Source of the DNA: Candidatus Falkowbacteria bacterium
GTDB taxonomy: Bacteria; Patescibacteriota; Patescibacteriia; Patescibacteriales; VMTK01
Length of the DNA stretch: 64,000 bases
Assembly (NCBI GenBank): GCA_013791585.1
Contig: VMTK01000005.1
Span: forward strand, 18,484 to 82,483
Reading direction: 5' to 3'
Shown: positions 21,316-30,044 of the stretch, in pieces
How the letters are laid out: each line of letters starts with the position of its first letter
Numbering within the stretch: position 1 is the stretch's first letter
Position numbers and translations under genes: made by a program
The notes under the pieces: model-generated
What the model saw: the letters and a program-made list of their open reading frames with translations, nothing else
What the model was told of the DNA's origin: nothing
Database searches by the model: none

Positions 21316-21409
21316 TTCTGCCTCGCCGCAGTCTCTCCGCAGAGGACTGCGGCGGTCATGCTCGCTTGTTCGTCGCAGTCCCTTTCAGGAGACTGCGACG
21401 CGGCGGAAA
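21316..21409. repeat. Double-hairpin REP-like element (CGCAGTC...GACTGCG x2), copy 1
   Basis: Related copy at 51163-51273 sharing GCAGTCCCTTTCAGGAGACTGCG. Confidence 0.85.
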
Positions 21410-21504
21410 TTCTAATTTTCAAATTACCAAAATCGTTTTGAAAATTTGAATATTAAGATTTGGGATTTGTTTAGAATTTAGAGTTTAGGATTTAGGATTT
21501 TTTA

Positions 21505-22278
21505 CTAAACTTTCCTCGGCTTCCTTTTTCTGCAGCCGTTATGAGGAATCGGCGTAATGTCTTTTATCAAAGTCACATTCAACCCATTGGCATTTAACGC
21601 TCTGATGGCGGACTCTCTTCCCGTGCCAACGCCTTTCGCGTAAACGCTAACCTCTGACAGCCCGACCCCTTTCGCTTTTTCAACCGCTATTCTGGTAATA
21701 ATTTGAGCGGCGTAAGGCGTTGATTTCCTCGGCCCTTTGAATCCGGCCATGCCGGCGCTTGCCCATGATATTACATTTCCGTCCAAATCAGTCAAAGTAA
21801 CTATTGTATTGTTATAAGTTGATTTAATAAACGCCTTGCCGACACTGACATTTTTCTTTTCTTTTCTTTTCTTTTTTTTGATCATTTTACTTTTCTTTTT
21901 GCCGATAGCGCTCTTTTTGGATTTTTCAGCTTTTCTTTTTTCCAATTTTTTCCTTACTTCCTCGGGCAATTCTTCCATTATCTCGGATGTCTGATTTCGG
22001 ATGTCTGATTTCGGACTTCTGACTTCGGATTCCAAATCTTTTCCAATACTAATATCGCCTAATTCGTTTTCCGGTTTCTTGTCATTTTTCTCCGTATTAT
22101 TTTTTATATTTTCTTTTTTATTTTCTTTCTTGTCCTCCGTAGTTTTCTTGACTTCCGTAGTTTTAACAGAGGGAGTAACAAAGGAGGATTTTTCAATTGC
22201 AACACTACCGGATTTTTTTTCCGGTTTTTTATCTTCTTTCTCTTCTTTATTTTTTATATTCTTATTATCTTCTGACAT
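21505..22278 (-). CDS. rpsK: 30S ribosomal protein S11 with a long charged N-terminal extension
   Basis: [42 protein letters not shown]. Confidence 0.93.
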   Translation of the reverse strand: MSEDNKNIKNKEEKEDKKPEKKSGSVAIEKSSFVTPSVKTTEVKKTTEDKKENKKENIKNNTEKNDKKPENELGDISIGKDLESEVRSPKSDIRNQTSEIMEELPEEVRKKLEKRKAEKSKKSAIGKKKSKMIKKKKRKEKKNVSVGKAFIKSTYNNTIVTLTDLDGNVISWASAGMAGFKGPRKSTPYAAQIITRIAVEKAKGVGLSEVSVYAKGVGTGRESAIRALNANGLNVTLIKDITPIPHNGCRKRKPRKV

Positions 22279-22423
22279 AATTTTGTCTTAAGTTTGTCTT
22301 AAGAGTGTAAAAAAAATCAAAAAATTAACTGGTTAATTAAATTTTAAACAATAACTCGTTAACTCGCTAACTCGCTAACTAAATAATATTTTAATTATTT
22401 ATAAATTACGCGTTACGCGCGCC

Positions 22424-22816
22424 TTAAGTCTTCTGGTCCGACATCTTTTTGCCTGACATTGCCGTGTGCCTTACATTGCCCCTTACAGTCCTGTTGTTGG
22501 TCTTTGTTCTTTGTCCTCTAACAGGCAAATTTTTACTGTGCCGGCTTCCGCGATAACTGCTTATTTCTTTTAAGCGCTTTATATTTCCCATTATTTCTCT
22601 TTTTAAATCTCCCTCCACTTTATGTTTTTTTTCAATAATTACTCTTAATTTATTCGCTTCTTCATCAGATAAATCTTTAACTCTTTTTTCAGGATTAACG
22701 TTGGCGCTTTTTAATATTTCCTTTGATTTCTTCGCGCCAATTCCAAAAATATAGGTTAATGCTATTTCAACCTGCTTGTCGTTTGGTATTAATATTCCCG
22801 CGATTCTTACGGCCAT
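22424..22816 (-). CDS. rpsM: 30S ribosomal protein S13
   Basis: [30 protein letters not shown]. Confidence 0.97.
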   Translation of the reverse strand: MAVRIAGILIPNDKQVEIALTYIFGIGAKKSKEILKSANVNPEKRVKDLSDEEANKLRVIIEKKHKVEGDLKREIMGNIKRLKEISSYRGSRHSKNLPVRGQRTKTNNRTVRGNVRHTAMSGKKMSDQKT

Positions 22817-22906
22817 AGTTTTAGAAATTAGAAATTAGAAATTAGAAATTTGTAAATACCGAATTCTAAAACCAAATTACCAATTTCAAATTTCAAATTT
22901 CGGGCT

Positions 22907-23020
22907 TTAGCCCTGACGTTGCTTATGTTTTGGGTTGCTGCACAAAACACGCACCCGGCCTTTGCGCCGGATCGTCTTGCAGTCTTTGCACATTTTTTTA
23001 ACGCTTGCTCTTACTTTCAT
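22907..23020 (-). CDS. rpmJ: 50S ribosomal protein L36
   Basis: Manual translation [37 protein letters not shown], below the ORF-track cutoff. Confidence 0.97.
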   Translation of the reverse strand: MKVRASVKKMCKDCKTIRRKGRVRVLCSNPKHKQRQG

Positions 23021-23144
23021 AAAAATACATAATTCAAATCTACGAATTATATTCAAATACTTCAAATGGCTACAAATCGAATTAAATTATTTGAATAATT
23101 CATATTTGAGGCATTTGAATATAATTTGCGGGTTAGAATTATAC

Positions 23145-23390
23145 TTACATCCTATATGTAATTCTGCCTTTGCTTAAATCATAAGGGCTTATTTCCACTC
23201 TAACTTTGTCGCCGGGCAATAATCTTATTCTATTCATTCTCATCCTGCCTGATAAATGCGCCAATATTTCATGGCCATTTTCCAAAAGCACTTTAAAAGT
23301 AACTGCCGGCAATAATTCCAGCACTTCCCCTTTTACTTCAATAAAATCTTTCGCGTCTGCGGGCTTGTTCTCTTTTTCGCTATTTGCCAT
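23145..23390 (-). CDS. infA: Translation initiation factor IF-1
   Basis: [47 protein letters not shown]. Confidence 0.97.
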   Translation of the reverse strand: MANSEKENKPADAKDFIEVKGEVLELLPAVTFKVLLENGHEILAHLSGRMRMNRIRLLPGDKVRVEISPYDLSKGRITYRM

Positions 23391-23639
23391 TTATAACACA
23401 ATAAAACTTTGGCAAAATTTAAAAATTTTACCAAAATTCTGGTAAATTATATTAAACTTATAATAATTTTTTATTAATAAATCCGTATAAATAATTATAT
23501 ATGTTAATTGATATTGTGTCAAGAGAAAAATACGCCATTATGCTAAAATAATATTGTATATATTCATTTTATCTAAAATTAGGTAAAATTAGACCTTAGA
23601 AACAACAAGAAATAAGAATATAATAATCAACACTCAACA

Positions 23640-23688
23640 TTTATTATCAGCACCGAGTGCTGCGGCAGCACTCGGTGCTGATAATAAA
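23640..23688. repeat. Perfect 24-bp-arm palindrome (CACCGAGTG family), possibly a terminator after alaS
   Basis: TTTATTATCAGCACCGAGTGCTGC-G-GCAGCACTCGGTGCTGATAATAAA; related hairpin inside mnmA at 27087-27121. Confidence 0.85.
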
Positions 23689-23694
23689 ATAATG

Positions 23695-25617
23695 TTAAGA
23701 TGATAATATTGCTTTTATTCTCCTAACTCCCGCCGATGAACTTTGCTCTTTTTTTATCTTAAAATTTCCCAAGCTGCCGGTATTTTCCGCGTGCGGACCT
23801 CCGCAAATTTCATAAGAAAAAACATTGCCGCCTTCGCCTATTTTATAAACTTTAACTTTTTCTCCGTATTTTGAATCAAACACGCCCATGGCGCCAAGTC
23901 TTTTTGCCTCGCCTATATTCATCTCCTCGCGGCTTACGGGCAGATTATCTTGGATTGCTTTATTGACTAATTTTTCAACTTCTTGCTGTTGTTCGTCTGT
24001 TATTTTTTCTCCATGGGAAAAATCAAAACGCAGGCGCTCCGCCGTAATATTACTGCCTTTCTGAACAACATGATCGCCTAAAACTTGTCTTAAAGCGGCT
24101 AAAAGCAAGTGCGCGGCTGTATGCAATTTGGTTGTTTCTTCGCTGGAATCAGCCAAACCGCCTTTAAATTTGCCTGCGCTGGCAGTCCGCGAAAGCTGTT
24201 GATGCTTTTTAAGCTCTTTATTAAATCCATCTTCATCTATAGTCAAGCCATTTTCTTCAGCTAATTCCTTGGTCATCTCAATCGGAAAGCCATAAGTCTG
24301 GTATAAATCAAAAGCATCTTCGCCTAATATCCTGTCGTCTGTCGTCTGTCGTCTGTCGTCTAATTTTTTAAATTCCATTAATCCCCTCTCTAATGTCTTA
24401 CTGAACTTTTCTTCTTCTTTCTTTAACTCCTCTATAACAAAATTAATATTCTTCTTTAATTCAGGATAAGCTTCCTGATAATCATGGGCGACAATTTTAG
24501 CTATTTCCTTGGTCCATGTCTCATCCGGCTTGCTTTCAATATTGATTTGTTTGCCATAGCGGATTGCGCGCCTGATTAATCTCCGCGCAATATACCCCTG
24601 ATCCGTATTGGAAGGAACAATCCCCTTGCCGCCGCCCATGATAAAAGTTGCGGCTTTCAGGTGATCGGCTATTACTTCAAAGGCGCGCGCATTGCCTTTA
24701 TATTTTTTGCCTGACAAGCTTTCAATTTTATTAATAATATTCGCGAACAAATCTGTTTCAAAAATATTGCTCTTGCCTTGAACCGCCATAGTGATCCTTT
24801 CAAGCCCTCCGCCGAAATCAACATTTTTTTGCGGCAGCTGATCAAAGCCATTGTCAGTTTTTATAAATTCCATGAATACATTATTTCCTATTTCAATAAA
24901 GCGACCGCAATCGCAATTAACATGGCAGGGCCGGTTTTTCCAGATTGAATTTTCATGCTTTTTCAAATCCGCGCCCAAATCATAAAATATCTCGCTGTCA
25001 GGGCCGCCCGGCTCGCCTGTTGGCATATTTTGCGGCAGGCCGGAGCGCGACCACCAATTCTTGGCTTCATCATAATAAAAAATGCGGCCGCCTTGCATAC
25101 CATCTTTTTCAGCCATGTCAACGGCTTTTGCTTCTATGCCCGCGCTCTTATATAATTTTTGCCAAATTTCAACTGATTCCGAGTCTTTGTCTATGCCCAT
25201 CTCTTTGTTGCCGCGGAAAACAGTCGCGTAAAGCCGGCTGGGGTCTATTTTTAATTCTTTGGTTAAAAATTCCCAAATCCATGCCAGCTGCTCTTCTTTA
25301 AAATAACCTGCCCCGATACCATCAGGTACATCTGGGTCTCCCAAGGACCAGTTGCCCAGCATCTCAAAAAAGGTAATATGCCGATTATCGCCCACTTCAT
25401 CAATATCTTCAGCGCGAAAACATTTTTGGCTGTTAACCAAGCGCCGTCCTGCCGGATGCTTCTCGCCCAGCAAGTACGGAATCAGCGGCTGCATGCCGGA
25501 TCCGATGAACAGCGATGTCGGATCATTTTCCGGAACCAAAGAGGCGCTGGATATAACAACGTGCTTTTTTGCCTGAAAAAAATCAAGGTATTTTTGGCGT
25601 ATTTCTTTTGAAGTCAT
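23695..25617 (-). CDS. alaS: Alanine--tRNA ligase (short form lacking C-Ala)
   Basis: DPTSLF..SGMQP, HITFFEMLGNWS, VDFGGGLER, LYQTYGFP, HTAAHLL, EICGGPH, AGVRRIKA. Confidence 0.96.
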   Translation of the reverse strand: MTSKEIRQKYLDFFQAKKHVVISSASLVPENDPTSLFIGSGMQPLIPYLLGEKHPAGRRLVNSQKCFRAEDIDEVGDNRHITFFEMLGNWSLGDPDVPDGIGAGYFKEEQLAWIWEFLTKELKIDPSRLYATVFRGNKEMGIDKDSESVEIWQKLYKSAGIEAKAVDMAEKDGMQGGRIFYYDEAKNWWSRSGLPQNMPTGEPGGPDSEIFYDLGADLKKHENSIWKNRPCHVNCDCGRFIEIGNNVFMEFIKTDNGFDQLPQKNVDFGGGLERITMAVQGKSNIFETDLFANIINKIESLSGKKYKGNARAFEVIADHLKAATFIMGGGKGIVPSNTDQGYIARRLIRRAIRYGKQINIESKPDETWTKEIAKIVAHDYQEAYPELKKNINFVIEELKKEEEKFSKTLERGLMEFKKLDDRRQTTDDRILGEDAFDLYQTYGFPIEMTKELAEENGLTIDEDGFNKELKKHQQLSRTASAGKFKGGLADSSEETTKLHTAAHLLLAALRQVLGDHVVQKGSNITAERLRFDFSHGEKITDEQQQEVEKLVNKAIQDNLPVSREEMNIGEAKRLGAMGVFDSKYGEKVKVYKIGEGGNVFSYEICGGPHAENTGSLGNFKIKKEQSSSAGVRRIKAILSS

Positions 25618-25697
25618 AGATTTTGGTTAATTGGTTGCTTGGTTTTTAAAAAATATTAAATACTGCTTAACTAATTACTTTAAATTACGAAGTTGTC

Positions 25698-25812
25698 TTT
25701 TTTTGTCATCCCGAAGCCCGCAGGCGAGGGATCTAATACCATTGCAAGATCAACAAGCCATGTTCCGCAGATCCCTCACCTCGCTGCGGCGGGGTTCGGG
25801 ATGACAAAAAAA
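25698..25812. repeat. GTCATCCCGAA...TTCGGGATGAC palindromic element
   Basis: Terminal arms TTTTTTTGTCATCCCGAA/TTCGGGATGACAAAAAAA with inner GAGGGATCT/AGATCCCTC arms. Confidence 0.85.
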
Positions 25813-25942
25813 GTGTTTCACAATTCACAGTAATTAACCAAGCAACTGATTAACTATACCTAATCATATAAAATAATATTGAATTTGGCAAGAAAAAACC
25901 CTACCGGCGAAGTTTCGCTGACAGGGGTTTGAAAAATTAAAA

Positions 25943-26788
25943 TTAAATTTTCGCTAAAACAAAATTGACTTTTTGCGCATAAACATACGCGCTTGGGTCA
26001 AAATTGTGTTTTAGGAGTTCATCTACTTTTGTGGGGCCTAAATTGTAAGCCGCTAATGCTGTATCAAGATTACCGAATCTTTTTTCAAGACGCTTTAAAT
26101 AGCGCGTTCCGGCCCATACATTTTCGTATGGATGAAACGAATCTTTTATGCCCATTATTTTGGCGGTCGGGGGCATTAATTGCATTAATCCCCGAGCACC
26201 AACTCTTGAAACAGCCAGACAATCCCCTGAAGATTCCACGGCAATTATAGCCGTGATAATCTTTGGATTAATACCGTGCCTCTTGGCGGCAAGTTTAATT
26301 CTGCCGCCATAAACTCTTTTAATCTCTCGCACGGATTTTTCTTTTGTTTTATACCATTCTTTCATATCATCTTTTGAATTTTTAACCATGCTAACAACCC
26401 CGCCCTCTTGGATTTTTATTACCTTTAATGGATCAAGTTCTTTAACAGAAAAATTATTTATTTTACCTTTTATAGAGGGTGTTAACTTTTCCTCTTTTTC
26501 TATTTCTCTTTCTATTTCTTTTCTGATTATCTCTTCTGCTATACTCTTCCATTTCTGAATTTCTATCCTCAATTCTGCTATTTCAGATTCCATCTTTTGC
26601 ATTTTTTGCCTTTTGATTTTTGCTGATTCGTTTAAAACATAAACGGAAAAAGCAAAAAGCAATATTACAACAATAGCAAAAATTAAAAAATTTACGGCCT
26701 TTACTTCAATCCTTGTCTCTGCATCCTCTCCTGTATTCTCTGAATCATTTTTATTCTCTATATTCTCTTTATTCTCTTTCATTTCCAC
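25943..26788 (-). CDS. Membrane-anchored lytic transglycosylase (SLT domain)
   Basis: AIIAVESSG, SRVGARGLMQLMP.TA, NVWAGTRYL, ALAAYNLG. Confidence 0.9.
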   Translation of the reverse strand: MEMKENKENIENKNDSENTGEDAETRIEVKAVNFLIFAIVVILLFAFSVYVLNESAKIKRQKMQKMESEIAELRIEIQKWKSIAEEIIRKEIEREIEKEEKLTPSIKGKINNFSVKELDPLKVIKIQEGGVVSMVKNSKDDMKEWYKTKEKSVREIKRVYGGRIKLAAKRHGINPKIITAIIAVESSGDCLAVSRVGARGLMQLMPPTAKIMGIKDSFHPYENVWAGTRYLKRLEKRFGNLDTALAAYNLGPTKVDELLKHNFDPSAYVYAQKVNFVLAKI

Positions 26789-26942
26789 CTCCTGTTTTGG
26801 GAGTTAAAAGTTATTTTTCAAATTGTCAAAAAGCATTATATTAAGCTAACATAATTTTACTTTTGTGTCAAGAAAGACAACCTTAGATTCTATTCCGAAG
26901 CGCAACAAGGGGTTGCGCGCGATACGCGTTACGCGTTACGCG

Positions 26943-28142
26943 TTATGCGGCAATAATCCCCCCTCCCAGCACTTCATCCTCATTATTATAATTCGCATGC
27001 GCGTTATTTGTAGCAGCGCGTCTAATCCCATAAAATACAACGCTTTGGCCCGGCGTTACAGCCCTTTGCGGCTGAGAAAACGCTACAGCCACCGAGTGGC
27101 TCTTAAAGCCACTCGGTGGCTTCGTAACTTTACACTTAACCGGCTTGTGCCTGTATCTGATAACTGCTTGGCAGGACAACGGCAGTCTCGGCTCTTTGCC
27201 TGAAATCCAGTTCACATCGCCGGCAATCAATTCTCTGCTGTACAAAACAGAATCATCCCTATCACTAACCACATATAGCGTATTGGTTTTATAATCGCAT
27301 TTGGCAGCATAAAAAGGCCCGATGCCGCCAATTTCCACTCCCTTTCTTTGCCCGATAGTGTAAAGCGGCAGGCCCTGATGCTCGCCGATAACCTCCCCTA
27401 ACCCCTCCTTGGCAAGGAGGGGAACGCGGAGCGACTCCGCCATTTTTCTCCCCTTACCAAGGGGAGATGCCCGAAGGGCAGAGGGGTAAGGGGTGAGGGC
27501 AACAATCGGCCCTGGTTTTAACTTGATATGCTCGCGCAAAAAATCATTATGATCGCCTTTTAAAAAACAAACATCCTGGCTTTCTTTTTTTACATAAGGC
27601 AATTTTGCTTTGTCCGCGATTTTTCTAACTTCCTCTTTCGTGTACTCGCCCAAAGGAAATAAAACCCGCGCCAGCTGTTTCTGCGTCAAATTATAAAGAA
27701 AATAGCTCTGATCCTTGCCCTCATCTTTCCCGCGATATAACTTATAAATCAATTCTGTTTTTGTGTTTTTGTGTTTTTGTGTTTTTGTGTAGTGTCCCGT
27801 TGCCAAAAAATCCGCGCCGATCTCGCGAGCGCCCTTGAGTAGCGCGCCAAATTTAATAAGCCGATTACACCTTGCGCAAGGATTCGGCGTTAAGCCGCGA
27901 GCATAACTTTCTAAAAAATAATCAATCACTTCTTTTTTAAATTGGTCGGCGTAATTTACCGGATAAAATTTAACGCCTAATTTGGCGCAAACGCGGCGCG
28001 CGGCCTGCTCGTCATCGCTATTATTTGCCAACCGCATAAACATGCCGATAACTTCATATCCTTGTTTCTGCAATAAAAAAACCGCCGCCGAAGAATCAAC
28101 TCCGCCGGACATGGCGATCACAACTTTTAAACATTTAGGCAT
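26943..28142 (-). CDS. mnmA: tRNA 2-thiouridylase MnmA, with several in-frame insertions
   Basis: AMSGGVDSS, TPNPC..CN..IKF, ATGHY, KDQSYFL, ESQDVCF, YTIGQRKG, AVTPGQS. Confidence 0.96.
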   Translation of the reverse strand: MPKCLKVVIAMSGGVDSSAAVFLLQKQGYEVIGMFMRLANNSDDEQAARRVCAKLGVKFYPVNYADQFKKEVIDYFLESYARGLTPNPCARCNRLIKFGALLKGAREIGADFLATGHYTKTQKHKNTKTELIYKLYRGKDEGKDQSYFLYNLTQKQLARVLFPLGEYTKEEVRKIADKAKLPYVKKESQDVCFLKGDHNDFLREHIKLKPGPIVALTPYPSALRASPLGKGRKMAESLRVPLLAKEGLGEVIGEHQGLPLYTIGQRKGVEIGGIGPFYAAKCDYKTNTLYVVSDRDDSVLYSRELIAGDVNWISGKEPRLPLSCQAVIRYRHKPVKCKVTKPPSGFKSHSVAVAFSQPQRAVTPGQSVVFYGIRRAATNNAHANYNNEDEVLGGGIIAA

Positions 28143-28228
28143 ACTTACAATAAATATTCTTTTTCTTTATAAAAAATGGGCCCTTATAAAAGCAGAGCCC
28201 ATTAAAATTCATAATCAATAAAAATGCA

Positions 28229-28438
28229 TCAAATTTCCGTCCAGCTATCCCCTCTCTCCATACAGATCCCCAAAAGCATGCCTTGAAGCTTGGGAATTTG
28301 AGCGGCATTTGAATGTTTTAGATTGAAATCATGCAATCTTGCAAGACTTAAAATTTCAGGGTCTTTTGAACCGCCGTTATGCATCTGTCTGAGCTTTTGA
28401 ATGATCTCCTGCTCCCCCAGTTTCTCTATTTCCCCCAT
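28229..28438 (-). CDS. Small hypothetical protein
   Basis: 69-aa ORF preceded by a GAGG Shine-Dalgarno. Confidence 0.5.
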   Translation of the reverse strand: MGEIEKLGEQEIIQKLRQMHNGGSKDPEILSLARLHDFNLKHSNAAQIPKLQGMLLGICMERGDSWTEI

Positions 28439-28556
28439 TTTTTTCCTCCTTTCTTTTTGTGGTTTTAGTTAAATACAATATTAAACAATTTTATAAATAC
28501 AGTCAAGTAAAAAATGAAAAGCTTTGAATATTAATAATATTAAAATACTTGAACAT

Positions 28557-29888
28557 CTATACGACAAATACTTTCTCCAAAACATATTCCAAGAAATTAG
28601 TCTTTACGTAAGCCAGGCCGATTATAAAAATTATAACCAAAACGCTTTGCAGAATTAACGGCTTGTGCTGAATGCTGAATTTAACGAATATGTTTATCAG
28701 CAAAGAAACAGCCACTATTGCCAAAACAATAAAGAAAATATAATGCGATATTTTTATGGCATTGGCCGCTATGCTTATTTTTTGATCTTGTTCAACGCCA
28801 AAAGATTTAACTTCTACCGCTAATTCATCCCTCATGCCGCTAAAATCAATGTAAGGGCTTGCCGGCTTAGTATTTAAAGAAGAGCTTGGTTTTATTTCGG
28901 CTATTATGCTTTTATCTAAATCTTGAACAGCCGGCTTTTCAATATTTTCTGTTTTTTCTTCAGTCGATTTTACCTCTGTCTGTTTTACCTGCTCAGCTTT
29001 AACTTGCGGGCTTGCCTCTGTTGTTTCCTGCTTGATGGCATTAACCGGCAAAGTCGCTGTTTGCTTTGGAGCCGCTGGCTCATTAACAGCCGGAGCCATT
29101 GCCAATTTCGTACTGCTTGTACTTCCGAAAATCTGCACCAGAACATTGGTTTTCTGGCCTTCAATCTCGCCTGACAGGACTGCCAAGCCGACATCAGTAT
29201 ATCTTTGGTTTAATATATTTTTCTTGTGAGTTTCCGACAGCATCAAGGCGCTATGCGCCGCTTGGGCGGAAGTAAAATTCATAGCCAGATTCTCGCCGGC
29301 GAACAGATAAGCGTATTCGCTTCTGTTTATAAAATTCCATGGCATGCGGCCGTCCGGGCTTTCATGCGCGAAATATCCTTTTTCAACCATGTCTTGGGCT
29401 TTGCTTAAAGCCGATTCGTTTAAAGCAAAATTATTCGCCAGCTCATCTATCCCTTCGCTCTTTCTGTCAATATTGATTAATTCCATAATTTGCTTGGTAA
29501 TCAGCTCGGACATTTTCGCCTGATTCGGATAAATGAAAAATAAATAACCGGCTACTGACATTTTAACCAACAGCATAGCCAAAACAATAATAGCCAAAGA
29601 TTTAGTCCTTAAAATTTTCGGCTTATGCTCATTGTCTTCGCTTGGTATGAAATACTCTTTAAAAATAGATCCGGAATCATGAAAAAACCTTTTAAAACCC
29701 TCTTTCCCGTTCACTAATTCTTCAACCTCTTCTTTCTCCTCATCAAGGAAATCCTTAAAATTAACTTCAATTTTCTTTCTATTTTTTTTATTCAGCTTAA
29801 AAGCAAGCAATCTAGCGATAAATCCCCAGATAATTAAAAATAGAATCCATTTTTTCCCGTTGTTTTTCTTATTTTTTAAAAATTTCAT
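28557..29888 (-). CDS. CAP/SCP domain membrane protein
   Basis: KAQDM..GYFAHESPDG, AGENLA, LM.S.THKKNIL, VQIFG. Confidence 0.88.
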   Translation of the reverse strand: MKFLKNKKNNGKKWILFLIIWGFIARLLAFKLNKKNRKKIEVNFKDFLDEEKEEVEELVNGKEGFKRFFHDSGSIFKEYFIPSEDNEHKPKILRTKSLAIIVLAMLLVKMSVAGYLFFIYPNQAKMSELITKQIMELINIDRKSEGIDELANNFALNESALSKAQDMVEKGYFAHESPDGRMPWNFINRSEYAYLFAGENLAMNFTSAQAAHSALMLSETHKKNILNQRYTDVGLAVLSGEIEGQKTNVLVQIFGSTSSTKLAMAPAVNEPAAPKQTATLPVNAIKQETTEASPQVKAEQVKQTEVKSTEEKTENIEKPAVQDLDKSIIAEIKPSSSLNTKPASPYIDFSGMRDELAVEVKSFGVEQDQKISIAANAIKISHYIFFIVLAIVAVSLLINIFVKFSIQHKPLILQSVLVIIFIIGLAYVKTNFLEYVLEKVFVV

Positions 29889-29975
29889 GTTTATAATATA
29901 GCAAAAATTAAAAGGATTGTCAAAAGAATTAATTCTTGAATTGTTCTAAATAATTGTGAATTACGGTTTAATACA

Positions 29976-30013
29976 AAAAAATCTCTTGCTTAATTCCAAG
30001 CAAGAGATTTTTT
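29976..30013. terminator. Intrinsic terminator-like hairpin with A/T tails on both sides
   Basis: AAAAAATCTCTTGCTT-aattcc-AAGCAAGAGATTTTTT, just downstream of the TPR gene. Confidence 0.7.
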
Positions 30014-30044
30014 ATGTATAAAATCATTGACGCGGCGCCGCAAA

